The position numbers and the translations under genes were made by a program. A stretch of 64,000 nucleotides of DNA, taken from positions 9,672,001 to 9,736,000 of the forward strand of contig NC_043017.1 in NCBI RefSeq assembly GCF_006345805.1, in the 5' to 3' direction. Under the pieces are notes generated by a model, which did no database searches, was not told where the DNA came from, and saw only the letters and a program-made list of their open reading frames with translations. Below, piece by piece: positions 11,133-24,133 of the stretch (positions within the stretch are counted from its first letter, which is position 1; every line of letters begins with the position of its first letter). Source of the stretch: Octopus sinensis. Taxonomy: Eukaryota.

Positions 11133-11859
11133 CATATATATATATACATATATATATATACATATATATATATACATATATATATATATATTTAAATGTA
11201 TATATACTCATCTGCTTTATTCTTAACAGATGTCGACATGAATTTCGATCTATTTATTTTCATTTTATATTTTTATTAAAAAGTCCAACAACAACAACAA
11301 CAACAAAAAAACCCTCACGGATTTCAAAAACTTCACATTTTTCGAGTTGTTTATATTATAAAATGAATAAATAACAAATAAACAATTTCACAATATGGCA
11401 GCAAGTTTGGCAGAGAGATGGGTAAGGAATTTAGTGTTCTTGGTAGACACTATTTTACCACAGTTTTGTCTCTCTCCCAGGTCCTTCCTCTTTCCAGGAT
11501 ACCAACCCTTACCTGTTATCTTATGCTTGTTCCAGTCGTTAGATTGTGGCCATGCTGGAGCACTGCATTGAAAGGTTAAGGTTTCATTGGATGATCAAAC
11601 TACAGTACTTACTCTTTTACTCTTACTCTTTTACTTGTTTCAGTCATTTGACTGTGGCCATGCTGGGGCACCGCCTTTTCAGTTGAGTAAATCGACCCCA
11701 GCACTTATTCTTTGTAAGCCTAGTACTTATTCTATTGGTCTCTTTTGCCAAGCTGCTAAGTTACGGAAACGTAAACATACCAACATCAGTTGTCAAACGA
11801 TGTTGGGGGGGACAAACAGACACACAAACATATACACACACATACATATATATATATAT

Positions 11860-12049
11860 GGTGTATACCATTGGCGATTTTTTTCCTTTGTCTTCCCTTC
11901 TCTGGATCTTTCCTTCTCCTATGTTTCCAACGAAGAGCTCCGCTCGAAATGTTAAACCCTCCTTCTTTCCTGAGCGTCCAATAATACTATATTTGTTCCA
12001 CGTCCTCACGTTATTGTGTTTTTTTGTGCTTTCTTGTTTGGATTAACTT

Positions 12050-12050
<1 letters not shown>
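11860..12050 (+). mobile_element. Penelope-like element terminal fragment carrying a decayed hammerhead motif
   Basis: Inserted in (TA)n; contains gttt-CCAACGA-A-GAGC-TCC-GCTC-GAAA-TGTT-aaac. Confidence 0.6.
11923..11957 (+). ncRNA. Degenerate minimal type-I hammerhead ribozyme (probably inactive)
   Basis: Stem I GTTT/AAAC; core CCAACGA (cf. CUGANGA); stem II GAGC/GCTC with TCC loop; GAAA; ATGT in place of the palindromic ACGT stem III; NUH = GUU. Confidence 0.55.
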
Positions 12051-12104
<54 letters not shown>

Positions 12105-12391
12105 TACGACGGGCTTCTTTCAGCTTCCGTCTACCAAATCCACTCACAAGGCTTTGGTTGGCCCGAGGCTATTGTAGAAGACACTTGCCCAAGGTGCCAT
12201 GCAGTGGGACCGAACTCGGAACCATGTGGTTGGTAAGCAAGCTACTTACCACACAGCCACTCCTACACCTATACTTGTTATTTTTTCTAAGCTTGGTACT
12301 TATTTTAACTGTCTTATTGGTTGAACAACTAAGTTATAGGGATGTAAACAAACCAGCACTGGTCAAGCAGTGGTGGGGGACAAACAATGGC

Positions 12392-12715
12392 TGGCACTCT
12401 GTTGGTTATGATGACAAGTGTTCCAGTTGATCCAATCAATGGAACAGCTTGCTCATGACATTAACATGCAAGTGGCTGAGTGCTCCATAGACATATGTGA
12501 CCTTAACCTAGTTCTCTGGGAGCTTCAGTGTGATACAGAATGAGGTCAAGGCCGGCCCTTTTGAATTACAGGTTTGACTCATTTTTGCCAGCTGAGCGAA
12601 CTCTAGCAAAGCAAAATAAAGAAGCTTGCTAAAGGACACTAAGTACTGCTGGGAATTGAACTCCTGATGATACAGTCATGAGCCAAATATACACTAACCA
12701 CTAAGCCATGCACCT
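12392..12715 (-). mobile_element. SINE family D, diverged copy
   Basis: Collinear with 5448-5760. Confidence 0.75.
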
Positions 12716-13327
12716 TCACCACATACACACACATACATGTACATACACACACACATACATACACTCACACATAAACACACGTGCATACACATACAAACAC
12801 ACACTCACACATACACACTCTCACACATACACACTCACACACATGCACACACAAACACATACATGCACACACATACATACACACTCACACATACACACAC
12901 ACGTATATACTATTGGCTTTTTTCAGTTTCCGTCTACCAAACTCTCTCACAAGGCTTTGGTTGGCCCAGGACCATAGTAGAAGACACTTTTGCCCAAGGT
13001 GCCACACCGTGGGACTGAACCTGGTACCACATAATTGGGAAGCAAGCTTCTGAATGGCACGGTCACGTCTATACCACACCTTTGTGGAAATCAACAAGAA
13101 AGCTCCGGACTAGATGGACATAGACACTTCTTGTGTATAAGCCAGCCATACAGAATGACAGTCAACCAGACAGACAGACAGACATCTGGCCGGCCACAGA
13201 GCCAACAAGCCGGTTAGTTTGCCAGACAGACATAAAGACATAAAAACTGCTGACTAGCCAACCAACCACCTGGCCAGCTATCCACCCAAATATAGGGACA
13301 GACAGACAGACAGATGGCTGTAAGATG

Positions 13328-13402
<75 letters not shown>

Positions 13403-13756
13403 ATATATATATAGACGTTCTGGGTGTGGCTCTTCTTCAGAATAGAAATCAGAAATCACTACTACTGCTGCTGCTGCTGCTGTTGTTGTTTAGCCCCTGG
13501 TCCACCCTGGTTAAGCAGGACTGGCCTATGATCAAAGGCATTCTACCCATGATGATATCATTTTCTTGCATGCAGGCAACCTAGGGCCACATTATTTGAT
13601 GCTGTTTATTTAAGGTGATAACATGTGATCTGAGGGAGATGTAGCTGCTACTTCTAGCTGGGCAAATGACCACATAGTAGACGATGATGTTCTAAATATC
13701 AGTTTAACCATTTTGTTATTGTATTTCTGTTTTAATAGCATGAAATTTTGATGGAA

Positions 13757-14120
13757 TTACTTGTTTCAGTCATTTGACTGCTGCCATGCTGGAGCACCAC
13801 CTTTAATCGAGCAACTCAACCCCGGGACTTATTCTTTTGTAAGCCCAGTACTTATTCTATCGGTCTCTTTTGCCGAACCGCTAAGTAACGGGGACATAAA
13901 CACACCAGCATCGGTTGTCAAGCAATGCTAGGGGACAAACATACTCACACAAACACACACACGTATATATATATATATACACATATATACGACGGGCTTC
14001 TTTCAGTTTCCGTCTACCAAATCCACTCACAAGGCTTTGGTTGGCCCGAGGCTATAGTAGAAGACTGAACCCAGAACCATGTGGTTCGTAAACAAGCTAC
14101 TTACCACACAGCCACTCCTT
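13757..14120 (-). mobile_element. SINE family A (internal deletion)
   Basis: Reverse complement of family A tail and head. Confidence 0.85.
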
Positions 14121-14237
14121 CGCCTATTCAAATAAACTGCATTTATTACAATTAGTTCTGAAAATAATGAAGAATTTGGTAAAGTAAACTGTCAGCAAGT
14201 TGGCAGAAATGTTAGCATGCTGTGTGAAACGCTTAGC

Positions 14238-14812
14238 GGTGGCGAACTGGCAGAATCGTTAGCAGGTCGGGCAAAATGCTTAGCGGTATTTCGTCTGCCG
14301 TTACGTTGTGGGTTCAAATTCCGCCGAGGTCGACTTTGCCTTTCATCCTTTCGGGGTTGATAAATTAAGTACCAGTTACGCACTGGGGTCGATGTAATCG
14401 ACTTAATACCTATGTCTGTCCTTGTTTGTCCCCTCTGTGTTTAGCCCCTTGTGGGTAATAAAGAAATAGGTATTTCGTTTGTCTTTACATTCTGAGTTCA
14501 AATTCTGCCGAGGCCGACTTTGCCTTTCATCCTTTCGGGGTCGATTAAATAAGTACCAGTTACACACTGGGGTCGATATAATTGACTTAATCCGTTTGTC
14601 TGTCCTTGTTTGTCCTCTCTGTGTTTAGCCCCTTGTTGGTAGTAAAGAAATAGGTATTTCGTTTGTCTTTACATTCTGAGTTCAAATTCCGCCGAGGCCG
14701 ACTTTGCCTTTCGTCCTTCCGGGGTCGATTAAATAAGTACCAGTTACGCACTGGGGGTCGATATAACCGACTTAATCCATTTGTCTGTCCCTGTTTGTCC
14801 TCTCTTGCGGTC
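14238..14812 (+). mobile_element. SINE family B with its 3' 184 bp triplicated in tandem
   Basis: Head ggtggcgaactggcagaatcgttagc; tatttcg unit starts at 14287, 14471 and 14655. Confidence 0.9.
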
Positions 14813-15134
14813 CACAATATTTTTTCTTAATGTAAACCCTTTTGGTTAATAAAAAAATAATTTGCTTCCTAGCTACATGGTTTCGGGTCGTCCCTGCGTG
14901 GCCATCTTGGGCACAATGGCTGTGTGTTGGGAGCTTGCTTCCTAGCTACATGGTTTCGGGTTCAGTCCCACTGCGTGGCACATTGGGTAGGTGTCTTCCA
15001 CTATAGCCCCGAGCTGACCAAAGCTTTGTGATTGAATTCGGTAGGTGGAAGTTACTGCCATGTGTGTATATGTGCGTGTAGGTGCTTGTGCCTCTCCGAA
15101 AGAGAGAGAGGGAATAATAATAATAATAATAATA

Positions 15135-15745
15135 ATATGCCCTGATGCTATACCAGGTAGTGGCTCTCCTGGTTTGTGATCTTAACTAATTGGAAGTGTT
15201 ATCATGTATGTTGCTTTGTCTTGGTATAAAAAAAGGTATAAAAGATTTGCTCAAAAGATATTGAGCAAATATTCTGCTCAATACCAGAGATTTGCTTGTC
15301 AGTTGCTTGACCGTAACCAGTTGAGCATGTCCCTTAATGGCTGATGATATGTGCATCTTTGATCACAAGCAGAAGTAGTGGGGAACACCATAGCCATGTA
15401 CTGAGAGGAATTCTTTGGGATTTGGATAATTCACCTCTGAAAAGATGGGTGTTTTGTTCAACATCCTTAAACAACCCTTATTCAGGGACCTTTTGAGTGG
15501 GATGGCCTACTCATCCTGAAGAAAATTCTAACTGGGCCCCACCTACAAGATCATTTGCTGTTTCTATTGATATGAGATCACCATGTCATGCACATATGGT
15601 TGTGATGCATGTGTCAGGTGTACCCTTATCAGATGGGTAGTCATGATGGTATATTGGGCTTTGTATAACTGTACCCGAGTGTCACTCTCATGGCATGTGC
15701 TGCTCTCTCACTCAATAATAATAATAATAATAATAATAATTATTA
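15135..15745 (+). mobile_element. Probable LINE-type 3' fragment ending in an (AAT)n tail
   Basis: Higher-GC block flanked by (AAT)n on both sides with no open frame; family assignment is inference. Confidence 0.35.
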
Positions 15746-16091
15746 TTATTGTGATGATGATAAATGCAGTGAGCTGGCAGAATTGTTAATGGCCTGAAAA
15801 AATGCTTCTCCTGACTTTGTTCTGAGGTCAAATGCCGCTGAGATCGACTTTGCCTTTTATTCTTTCAGGGTCAATAAAATAAGTACCAGTTATGCACTGG
15901 GGTTAATATAGTTGATTTAAGCCCTCCTAACAAATTTCAGGCCATGTCTGTAGGAGAAAGGATTTGTTGTTGTTGTTGTGGTGGTGGTGGAGGAGGAGGA
16001 GGAGGAGACATAGCCGCCCTCACTTCTCTTGAGGAATTCCGGAAGGGGCTTCGTGAGACCACTGCAGAGAAGCTCCCAAAAAAAAAATTCC

Positions 16092-16454
16092 GGCTGTGTG
16101 GTAAGTAGCTTGTTTACCAACCACATGGTTCCGGGTTCAGTCCCACTGCGTGGCATCTTGGGCAAGTGTCTTCTGCTATAGCCCCGGGTCCGACCAATGC
16201 CTTGTGAGTGGATTTGGTAGACGGAAACTGAAAGAAGCCTGTCGTATATATGTATGTGTGTATGTGTTTGTCCCCCTAGCATTGCTTGACAACCGATGCT
16301 GGTGTGTTTACGTCCCCGTCACTTAGCGGTTCGGCAAAAGAGATCGATAGAATAAGTACTGGGCTTACAAAGAATAAGCCCCGGGGTCTATTTGCTCGAC
16401 TGAAGGCGGTGCTCCAGCATGGCCGCAGTCAAATGACTGAAACAAGTAAAAGAG
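16092..16454 (+). mobile_element. SINE family A (slightly 5'-truncated)
   Basis: Matches the other family A copies. Confidence 0.9.
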
Positions 16455-17120
16455 TATATATACACACATACACAGACGTACATACCCAAATATATAGTTT
16501 GATTATATCGTTTTGTCTAATTACAGAATCTTATTATTATTCATTATATAATTATATAGTGTGACTCATTTCCAATGTTTTCGACATCGGGCCTAATTAC
16601 AGTGATTAGTTTAAATGTGGTGATTAGCGAAAATATTGCGGCTTAGCTTTAGCCAAAACCATTATTTTTAAGTGTGCAAAATATAAAGGGAAACAACTCT
16701 GAACGTTTTGTGCCTTATGGAGCTTCCTTGGCGGACGAATGTCCTGTGTCCTTTACTCGTTAGCACTGTAGCAACTAATTTGCTATATTGAATTAGTTAG
16801 AAGGTCAAGAATTACGCTCATGACCTTTACAACACCCCGTCCTCTCCCTGGCTGATGAGATCAAACTGCAGCTTATGCCCAGCTCGAACATCTGCCGTCA
16901 GTGTCTGTAGTAATTTTTTTTTTCCTAAAATAGGTTGGTCCGAATGTTTGTCTCCAATGACCAAGTAGGGGTGTCTTGTGGTGTTAAAGTGAGAGGCATG
17001 TGACGGCTTTTGCACGCAATCTGATATTCAAAATGATGTTTTTAAATTGCAGATTGATATGAAAGTGTTAGAGCTTGTTGAGCTTGTAAAAACTATTTTT
17101 TATATATCTCTGTTCCCCCC

Positions 17121-17167
<47 letters not shown>

Positions 17168-17169
17168 CG

Positions 17170-17411
17170 CTGGAGCCGAACTAGTGACAGCTGATGAAGG
17201 GGGTTTTTCCTTGTGTAGTAATGTCCTGTACTCTGTTTTTTTCTGTTGTAAAAAAATGGTTTTTCCGTTTTCGTTTCTCGTTGAGTTCTACGTCTAGTTG
17301 TGGTGTCCTGTACTCACGTGTATATATTTTTATATATGCATGTATATATACATGTAGATGTAGGTACGTACATATATGTTTGTATGTATGCATATATTTT
17401 ATTTATTACAC
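17170..17411 (+). mobile_element. Dispersed repeat (GTGTCCTGTAC... family; also 21075-21200 minus, 35160-35280 plus, and the arms at 2681-2870), possibly Penelope-like
   Basis: Shared gtgtcctgtac...catgtagatgtaggtacgtacatat...catatattttatttatt; always adjacent to (TA)n. Confidence 0.6.
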
Positions 17412-17431
17412 TATATATATATATATATATA

Positions 17432-17467
<36 letters not shown>

Positions 17468-17644
17468 AGCGGATGTATTGTAGAGAAAAAACAAGCCAAC
17501 GGGAAAGCCTTTTATGTGGTGTCTTGATTTGCTAGAAATAACAGCTAGAACTAACTCAAATCACAGCTTAGGGTTTTCAGAATAGGAAGGACACTGTCGA
17601 TAATGTAAATCCGAGACAATTGTTTGATAAACAATTGAAAAATT

Positions 17645-17811
17645 AGTAATAATAATAATAATAATAATAATTAATAATAACAATGATAATAATTAATAAT
17701 AATAATAATAATAATAACAACAATAATAATAATTAATAATAATAATAATAACAATAATAATAATAATTAATAATAATAATAATAACAATAACAATAATAA
17801 TTAATAATAAT

Positions 17812-17844
<33 letters not shown>

Positions 17845-17907
17845 AATATAATATAATATAATATAATAATAATAATAATAATAATATAATATAATAATAA
17901 TAATAAT
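17645..17907. repeat. ~260-bp (AAT)n compound microsatellite
   Basis: AAT units with AAC/AATT/AT interruptions in a repeating higher-order pattern. Confidence 0.95.
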
Positions 17908-17909
17908 GG

Positions 17910-17994
17910 CTAGACAGTCACAGCTGGAACATCTTTGATTATATACTTAATCAGAGCTGACATGAGGTTGGTTGCACAACCACCAACTAAATCA
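17910..17994 (-). CDS. Candidate terminal exon (DLVGGCATNLMSALIKYIIKDVPAVTV*)
   Basis: Minus acceptor tttcttcttttatcgattatag|T, open frame to TAG 17912-17910; unique sequence; no homology recognised. Confidence 0.3.
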
Positions 17995-19683
17995 CTATAA
18001 TCGATAAAAGAAGAAACGAGGCGGAAAAAGCGGCAAAAAATTAAATATAATGTAAATAATAATTGAATGAATGGAATAAAACGCTGATAAATGAATAAAA
18101 ACCATAGCAATAAGAAAAAGAAAACAAGAACCAAAAAAAAAACAACAGCGGCAACAATAACGAACAAGAAGACCAACAGAGACCCCCAGAAGTCTCGTTT
18201 CAATTTAGTTTCGATACAAATTCTACAGTTTCAATCCCGGTTCGATTCGGTGGATTTGGCAGAATGGCTAGGATATCGGTCAAATTAAATCCAGGTAGAG
18301 TTTCATTTACAGGTGTTTTTTTTTTTACTGATCCTAGTTTCGTTCTGAGTTCAAATTCCGCTGAGGTCTCGATGGCGTGTTGCCCGCGTATTTGTTTTCT
18401 CATAACTTTACAGAAAAATGGATATTTTTAAATGAAAAGTTCTATTGGAATTTTTAGTAAAATACCTTTCAGATAGTGCAGACTAGTGGTTCCCAACCTT
18501 TTCACTACTAAAGACCCCATAACATTGAAAGGGCTAACAGCTCCCATGCCTACGGACCCCCAGTACTATTTTTGCGGACCACTGATTGGGAACTATGGTT
18601 ACATCAGTTTTTGATGTAAAAAAACAAAATTGTTGGGACGCATACATCATATACTTTTTTTTCAAATTTCATTTTCAGGTACAGATGTCACATGTGTCGG
18701 AATGTATGTACGCGCGGCCACCATTCATTTTTTTTTCTTTTTTCATATTAAATTCCGATAAAATCGTAATTTTTAGCATCTAACCCTAACCCCATCATCT
18801 ATTTGTTTCAGTCATTAGACTGCGGCCATGCTGGGGCACCACCTTGAATAATTTTCAGTCGAATGAATCGACCTCAGTAATTTTTTTTTTCAAGCCTAGT
18901 ACTTATTCTATCAGTCTCTACTACCGAACCGCTAAGTTACGGGGACGCAAACACACCAACACCGGTTGTCAAGTTGTGGTGGTAGTGGGGACAAACACAG
19001 ACATAAATTCACACACTTACATACATATATATGAGTTGTCCATATGGCTAAGCCCTTTACGGATGCGAAACCATTGGTCACTATGATCGGACGTATACTT
19101 AACTGCATATATATATATATATATATATATACGACGGGCTTCTTTCAGTTTCCGTCCACTAAATCCACTCAGAAGGTTTTGGTCGGCCCAAAGCTACAGT
19201 AGAAGACACTTGCCCACGTGCCACGCAGTGGGACTGAACCCGGAACCATGTGGTTGGGAAGCAAGTTACTTACCACACAGTCTGAACCTCTGAAAAATAT
19301 TTGTAGAAAATTTCTTTTCAAAAGATATCAATTTTCTGAAAGTTATGAGGAAACAAAGTGGGGAGGGGGGCACATTTGTGTGGGTATACCGTCTCAGTTT
19401 TTTGGGGTGATTTTTTCCATCTTTCCGCTGACCGATAAACTAAAGTAGCTGACAAATCATTGGAGCTTGATGCGATATTTCGATTAGAAAAAAAAACCCA
19501 TCTTAGATGAGAATATAATTATAACAGAAGACAAAAACGATACATTCATCTTTTATATAAATTCGCAAAACCAAAGAAAGATCGTGTTTTTTGGATCGAA
19601 GTGTGTTGTGATTTCTTAACACAATAGATCTTTATAGGGATTTTTCCTGGGCCTAGATTCTGGCGTTTAAACAACACACATAC

Positions 19684-19707
19684 TTTGTTGTATTTCGGAA
19701 CGGTCAT
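19684..19707 (-). CDS. Candidate first coding exon end (MTVPKYNK|gtatgt)
   Basis: ATG in gaaATGA context, 8 codons, then a GTATGT donor; lies just left of a CpG-rich putative promoter. Confidence 0.2.
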
Positions 19708-19799
19708 TTCGCCAATAATAGACACTGGCACTGATTTAAATTTCACTTCTTTAACTAACCAGTTGACTAATGATAATCAAATAGGTGAAATAGTACCAG

Positions 19800-20396
19800 T
19801 GCATGTGTTTATTATTGACGTAATGACACGTAATGAAAATTTGCTTCAACACACGAGTTCACGTCAAGAATCTCGCTCACTAAATACAGAAGCGCAAAAC
19901 ACGTCCGTGAAGTGTGTGGGATTCGTTGTTTCCAAAAGGAAAAAGTTAAAACAAGGAATTCTAACAAGTTTTTGTCCGGTCCAGGAGGTTCGTGTAATAT
20001 TTGTATAAAACATCTTCGACGAGAATAGAATTATAATAGAAGATAAAGACGGACACATTAATTATATACATTCCCGAAATCAAAAGGAAAAAAAAAAAAG
20101 TTTACGGAAGGCCATAACGGAATTTCGTTCAGAGAGAACATTCGTTTATCTTACACCGCTCTATGACGTAGCAGCCCTCCCATAAAGTGGTTTTGATGAC
20201 CGACATATCTTTTTGACAACTCTTTTACTGAACGGAAACACAACCCTTATATATATATATATAAACACACACATATATAAGCTACGGTATACACAGACGG
20301 CAACCTTCAGAGACCATTTTTTTTCATATTATCTTTGTTCTTTCCCTTCTATTTGCCTCGGAATAATTTCAATAAAGTCCTGCGTTAATGGTAAGT
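19800..20396. promoter_or_regulatory. Putative, possibly bidirectional, promoter / first-exon region
   Basis: Repeat-free and relatively CpG-rich; TGACGT-type motifs near 19816, 19860 (minus) and 20164; CGGAAG near 20105; ATG|GTAAGT at 20388-20396 on the plus strand. Confidence 0.3.
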
Positions 20397-23300
20397 ACTA
20401 CAGAGCTTTTATAAACTGGTTTGTTATTATCATTATTATTATTATATATATATTCTGCTCGCTGCTGCCACTATTATTATTGTTGTTTATTCTATTCTAA
20501 TTCCGTCGAGGTCGACTTTGCCTTTCATCCTTTTTACGGAGTCGATAAAACAAGTACCAGTCGGGAACTGGGGTCGATCTAATCGACTGGCAACCTCCAA
20601 TGCAAATAAATCTTCAGGTCTCGTGCCTCCTACAGTAGAAACAATTATTGTTATTATTATTATTGTTGTTGTTGTTATTATAATTGTTGTTGTTGTTGTT
20701 GCTATATTGCAATATACCAGCCACGCACAACCACAAACACACAGAGCATCAATTAGTCGCAACACACACACATTCTTCAAAGCCCTCCTCTTCGTATTCC
20801 GGAATCCAAACAATTTACAAGACATTGCTGGTCTCTTTGACATGACATACTAGTATTTTTTTCCACGACAGTTTCCGACAGTGTGTATATTTATGCATGT
20901 GTGCGTGTATATATATATATATGGTATATGTATATATGTGTGTATAATCGCGCGCGCGCATCGTTTGCTGTTTTTGTTTTGTTTTGTTTATTTTCCTCTA
21001 CTTTCTGCTATGATTTGTATGTATGTATATATGTATAGGTTTGACAAGTACCGTATATATATATATATAAAAGTGTAATAAATAAAATATATGCATACAT
21101 ACATACATATATGTACGTACCTACATCTACATGTATATATACATGCATATATAAATATATGTGCAGAACTCAACGAGAAATGAACATGGAAAAACAAGCA
21201 TGGAACAGACCATTTTTTTTACAACATATATATATACACACACACGAATATGCTCATACATATGTATATATGTATGTGTGTGTATATATACACGCACACA
21301 CACGAACAAAAATATTTTTGATCTGATCGACAAATTCCTCTTAGTTTTACGTTCTAACAATACAACACTCTCGCATATACCAATACCCATAATTACATAA
21401 CAGCTACACCTGTTTACTCCCATGTCACTACACACACAAAATAAATATAGACGCATCTGTATTATATATATATATATATATATATACATATATACTGAAG
21501 CGTTATGTGAGCTGGTTGTCATGTCAGATGAGATACTGTTGTGTTTTGTATATATATACTCTCAGGTGTGAACATAGAGGGAGGAATGTGTATGTACTTG
21601 AAGCTGGTAAAATTACCTTTTTCTTTTTTTTTTTATTGATAATTGTCCGAAGGTTAGAGACAGGTAACTCAGACTAGATTCGTGAAGTTTCAGCTTCCAC
21701 GAATGTGTATGTATATATGTATGTATACACACACACACACACACACACTAGTACGTATGGACTGAGATATCGGTACAAATAGTTCCATGATAGTTAATAG
21801 AATGAAACCCCAGATACATATCGGATGAGATAAGGCCAGTTAACTTCCACAATGTCTATAAATATATACATAGCCAGTGTGTGAACTAGAATACTGTTTG
21901 TATGTGTTCGTGTATAGAGAGAATGATGTCGAGTCAGTGTATAAGCTAAATTAGTTGTGTATATTTGTCCGTATGTATGCGTGTGTGTTTATTGTTTTAT
22001 ATAGAAGCAGTTTAACATTTAAGTAGAAGATTGGTCACTACTCTTTGGTACTACTGTACATGTTCATTTGGTGATTTCGAAGTTTCAGTTTGCTTATCGT
22101 CAGCATTCATATACACGTGAATTCATTCGTATGAGCATATATATACATATACACACACACACGAGTTAGTGGACAAACGAAGGGAAAGGGCGCTCAACAC
22201 ATTTAGTTGGAGTTCCATGTATTATTTAAAACAGTTTCACGGAACCGAATAGAACTGTTTTAAATAATATAATGCACACACAGACATGTAGCCGACATGT
22301 ACACACACAAAAGTGCCTATACAGTGGCTTGTCATTGTATATTTATAAGTATACCCATGTAATCAGAGATGTGGACGTGAGTAAACACTCAGGGTGGGCA
22401 GTAGACATTGATTGTATGTTATTAACTGTTAACTGTCAACAAATGGCCTCGCAGTCACAAAGCTCAGTCGACAGCGCGCCTGAATTATTTAAAGAACGAA
22501 AGAAATTTAATTAGGAAGTACAGTAATTAAGAAATATTTAATAACCAAAGCATTTTATTGTTTATATATTTTTGTGTTTATGCGAGTGTGTGTATCACAT
22601 GTCTGGCTCTCCAGAGACAACAGCAGTTATTTCTTCTTCCGTTATGTCATGGTTTCTTATGCATGTTTGAGTTGCACTCAGCGCTCAAGTTTCATAATAT
22701 CACGTATTTAGTGTATACATGTATAACGAGATATATTATACACACACACACACATATACAGTAGCTACTGGACGAACGAAAATGGCACAACACTTTCGGT
22801 AGAAGTTTCATATATTATTTATAAGCAGTGTCAACTAGCTCCATATGACATAGTTTCCTAGGACGAACCTATCTCGTCAGACATCTAGACAAGAGTAACG
22901 GGAATATAGACAAATTCAAGTGGCGCGGATTTATAGTTTGTAGGTATTGCTTACTTTGGTATTGTTGGCACGGTTCTATGGCATATGTAAGGAACTGCAA
23001 AGAAATAGCGCCATGTTTATTTATATATTGAATTAACACTTTCCAAAGATTTCAAAGTGCTTTTTTTTTAAAAAAAACGTATTTAATGATTAATATTTTA
23101 TGGTTGTAATGTTATTAGTCTGGGTACATGCTGCCTACTTGGCTAACCCCAAAGGCATGTCTCTGTCGTGTGTATGTACATATGTATATATATATATATG
23201 ATAGCACGAGGAATGTACATACCATTTCTACTCGTAAGTCTATTTTATTCTTGATTTTAACTGAAAAAATTGAGGGTGCAACTTATACACCTGTAAATAT

Positions 23301-24133
23301 GGTATAAATGTATATATAGGGGTATATATATATATATATACATACACACACAAGTGTATGCATATACATACACACACAAGTGTATGCATATATATATATA
23401 TATGAAATAACTAAAAGGCTCTAGTTTCCAATCATCAGCTGGTAAACCAAACATGCTACTCTTTGATATTGGAGCTTTTACAATTCTTTAAAGAATCTAT
23501 TTACGTTGAGTCTAGTAATTTATCGCTTCTGGTGAATCAACTGATATATATATATGTTTCAGTCATTTGACGGTGGCCATGCTGGAGCACCGCCTTTAGT
23601 CAGAAAAACAACTCCAGGACTTATTCTTTGTAAGCCTGATACTTATTCTATTAGTCTCTTTTGCTGAACCACTAAGTTATGGGGACATAATCTCACCAAC
23701 ATCGGTTATCAAGTGATGGTGGGGAGACAAATACAGACACAAATATATACACACACACGATGGGTTTCTTTCAAAATCCACTCACAAGGCTTTGGCTGGC
23801 TAGAGGCTATAGTTGAAGACACTTGCCTAAGGTGCCATGCAGTTGGACTGAACCCGGAACCATGTGGTTGAGAAGCAAGCTTCTTACCACACAGCCACTC
23901 CTTTGCTTCTATATATGTATCAGTCATTTGACTGTCACCATTCTGAGACACTGCCTTAAAGAGTTTTAGTAAAAAAAATCAACTCCAGGACTTATTTTTG
24001 AAGCCTAGTACTTATTCTGTCAGTCTCGTTTTCTGAACTGCTAAGTTACAGTGACATGAACGCACCAACACCGGTTGTCAAGTGATTATGAGGAGATGAA
24101 CACAAAGACACTTCCTCCCACACATTATATATA

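Larger units (their letters stand above)
11611..12270 (-). mobile_element. SINE family A interrupted at its (TA)n by a ~200-bp insertion
   Basis: Tail half 11611-11855 and head half 12105-12270 flank unrelated sequence. Confidence 0.85.

Noticed and set aside
17174-17215. CTGATGA preceded by CCGAACTAGT as a possible hammerhead
   Set aside because: No GAAA follows the putative stem II, and no valid NUH/stem I can be built; at most a scrambled remnant.
18484-18598. hAT-like MITE (TAGTGGTTCCCAACC ... GATTGGGAACTATGG)
   Set aside because: The right TIR is degenerate and no TSD can be matched; likely an old relic, not supportable as a bounded feature.
19685-20008. 107-aa plus-strand ORF (MLYFGTVISP...)
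   Set aside because: Starts at TTG, has no recognisable domain, and overlaps the putative promoter and the opposite-strand exon candidate.
22942-22990. Possible micro-exon IAYFGIVGTVLWH (tttgtag|...|gtaagg)
   Set aside because: Weak pyrimidine tract and too short to distinguish from chance without RNA data.
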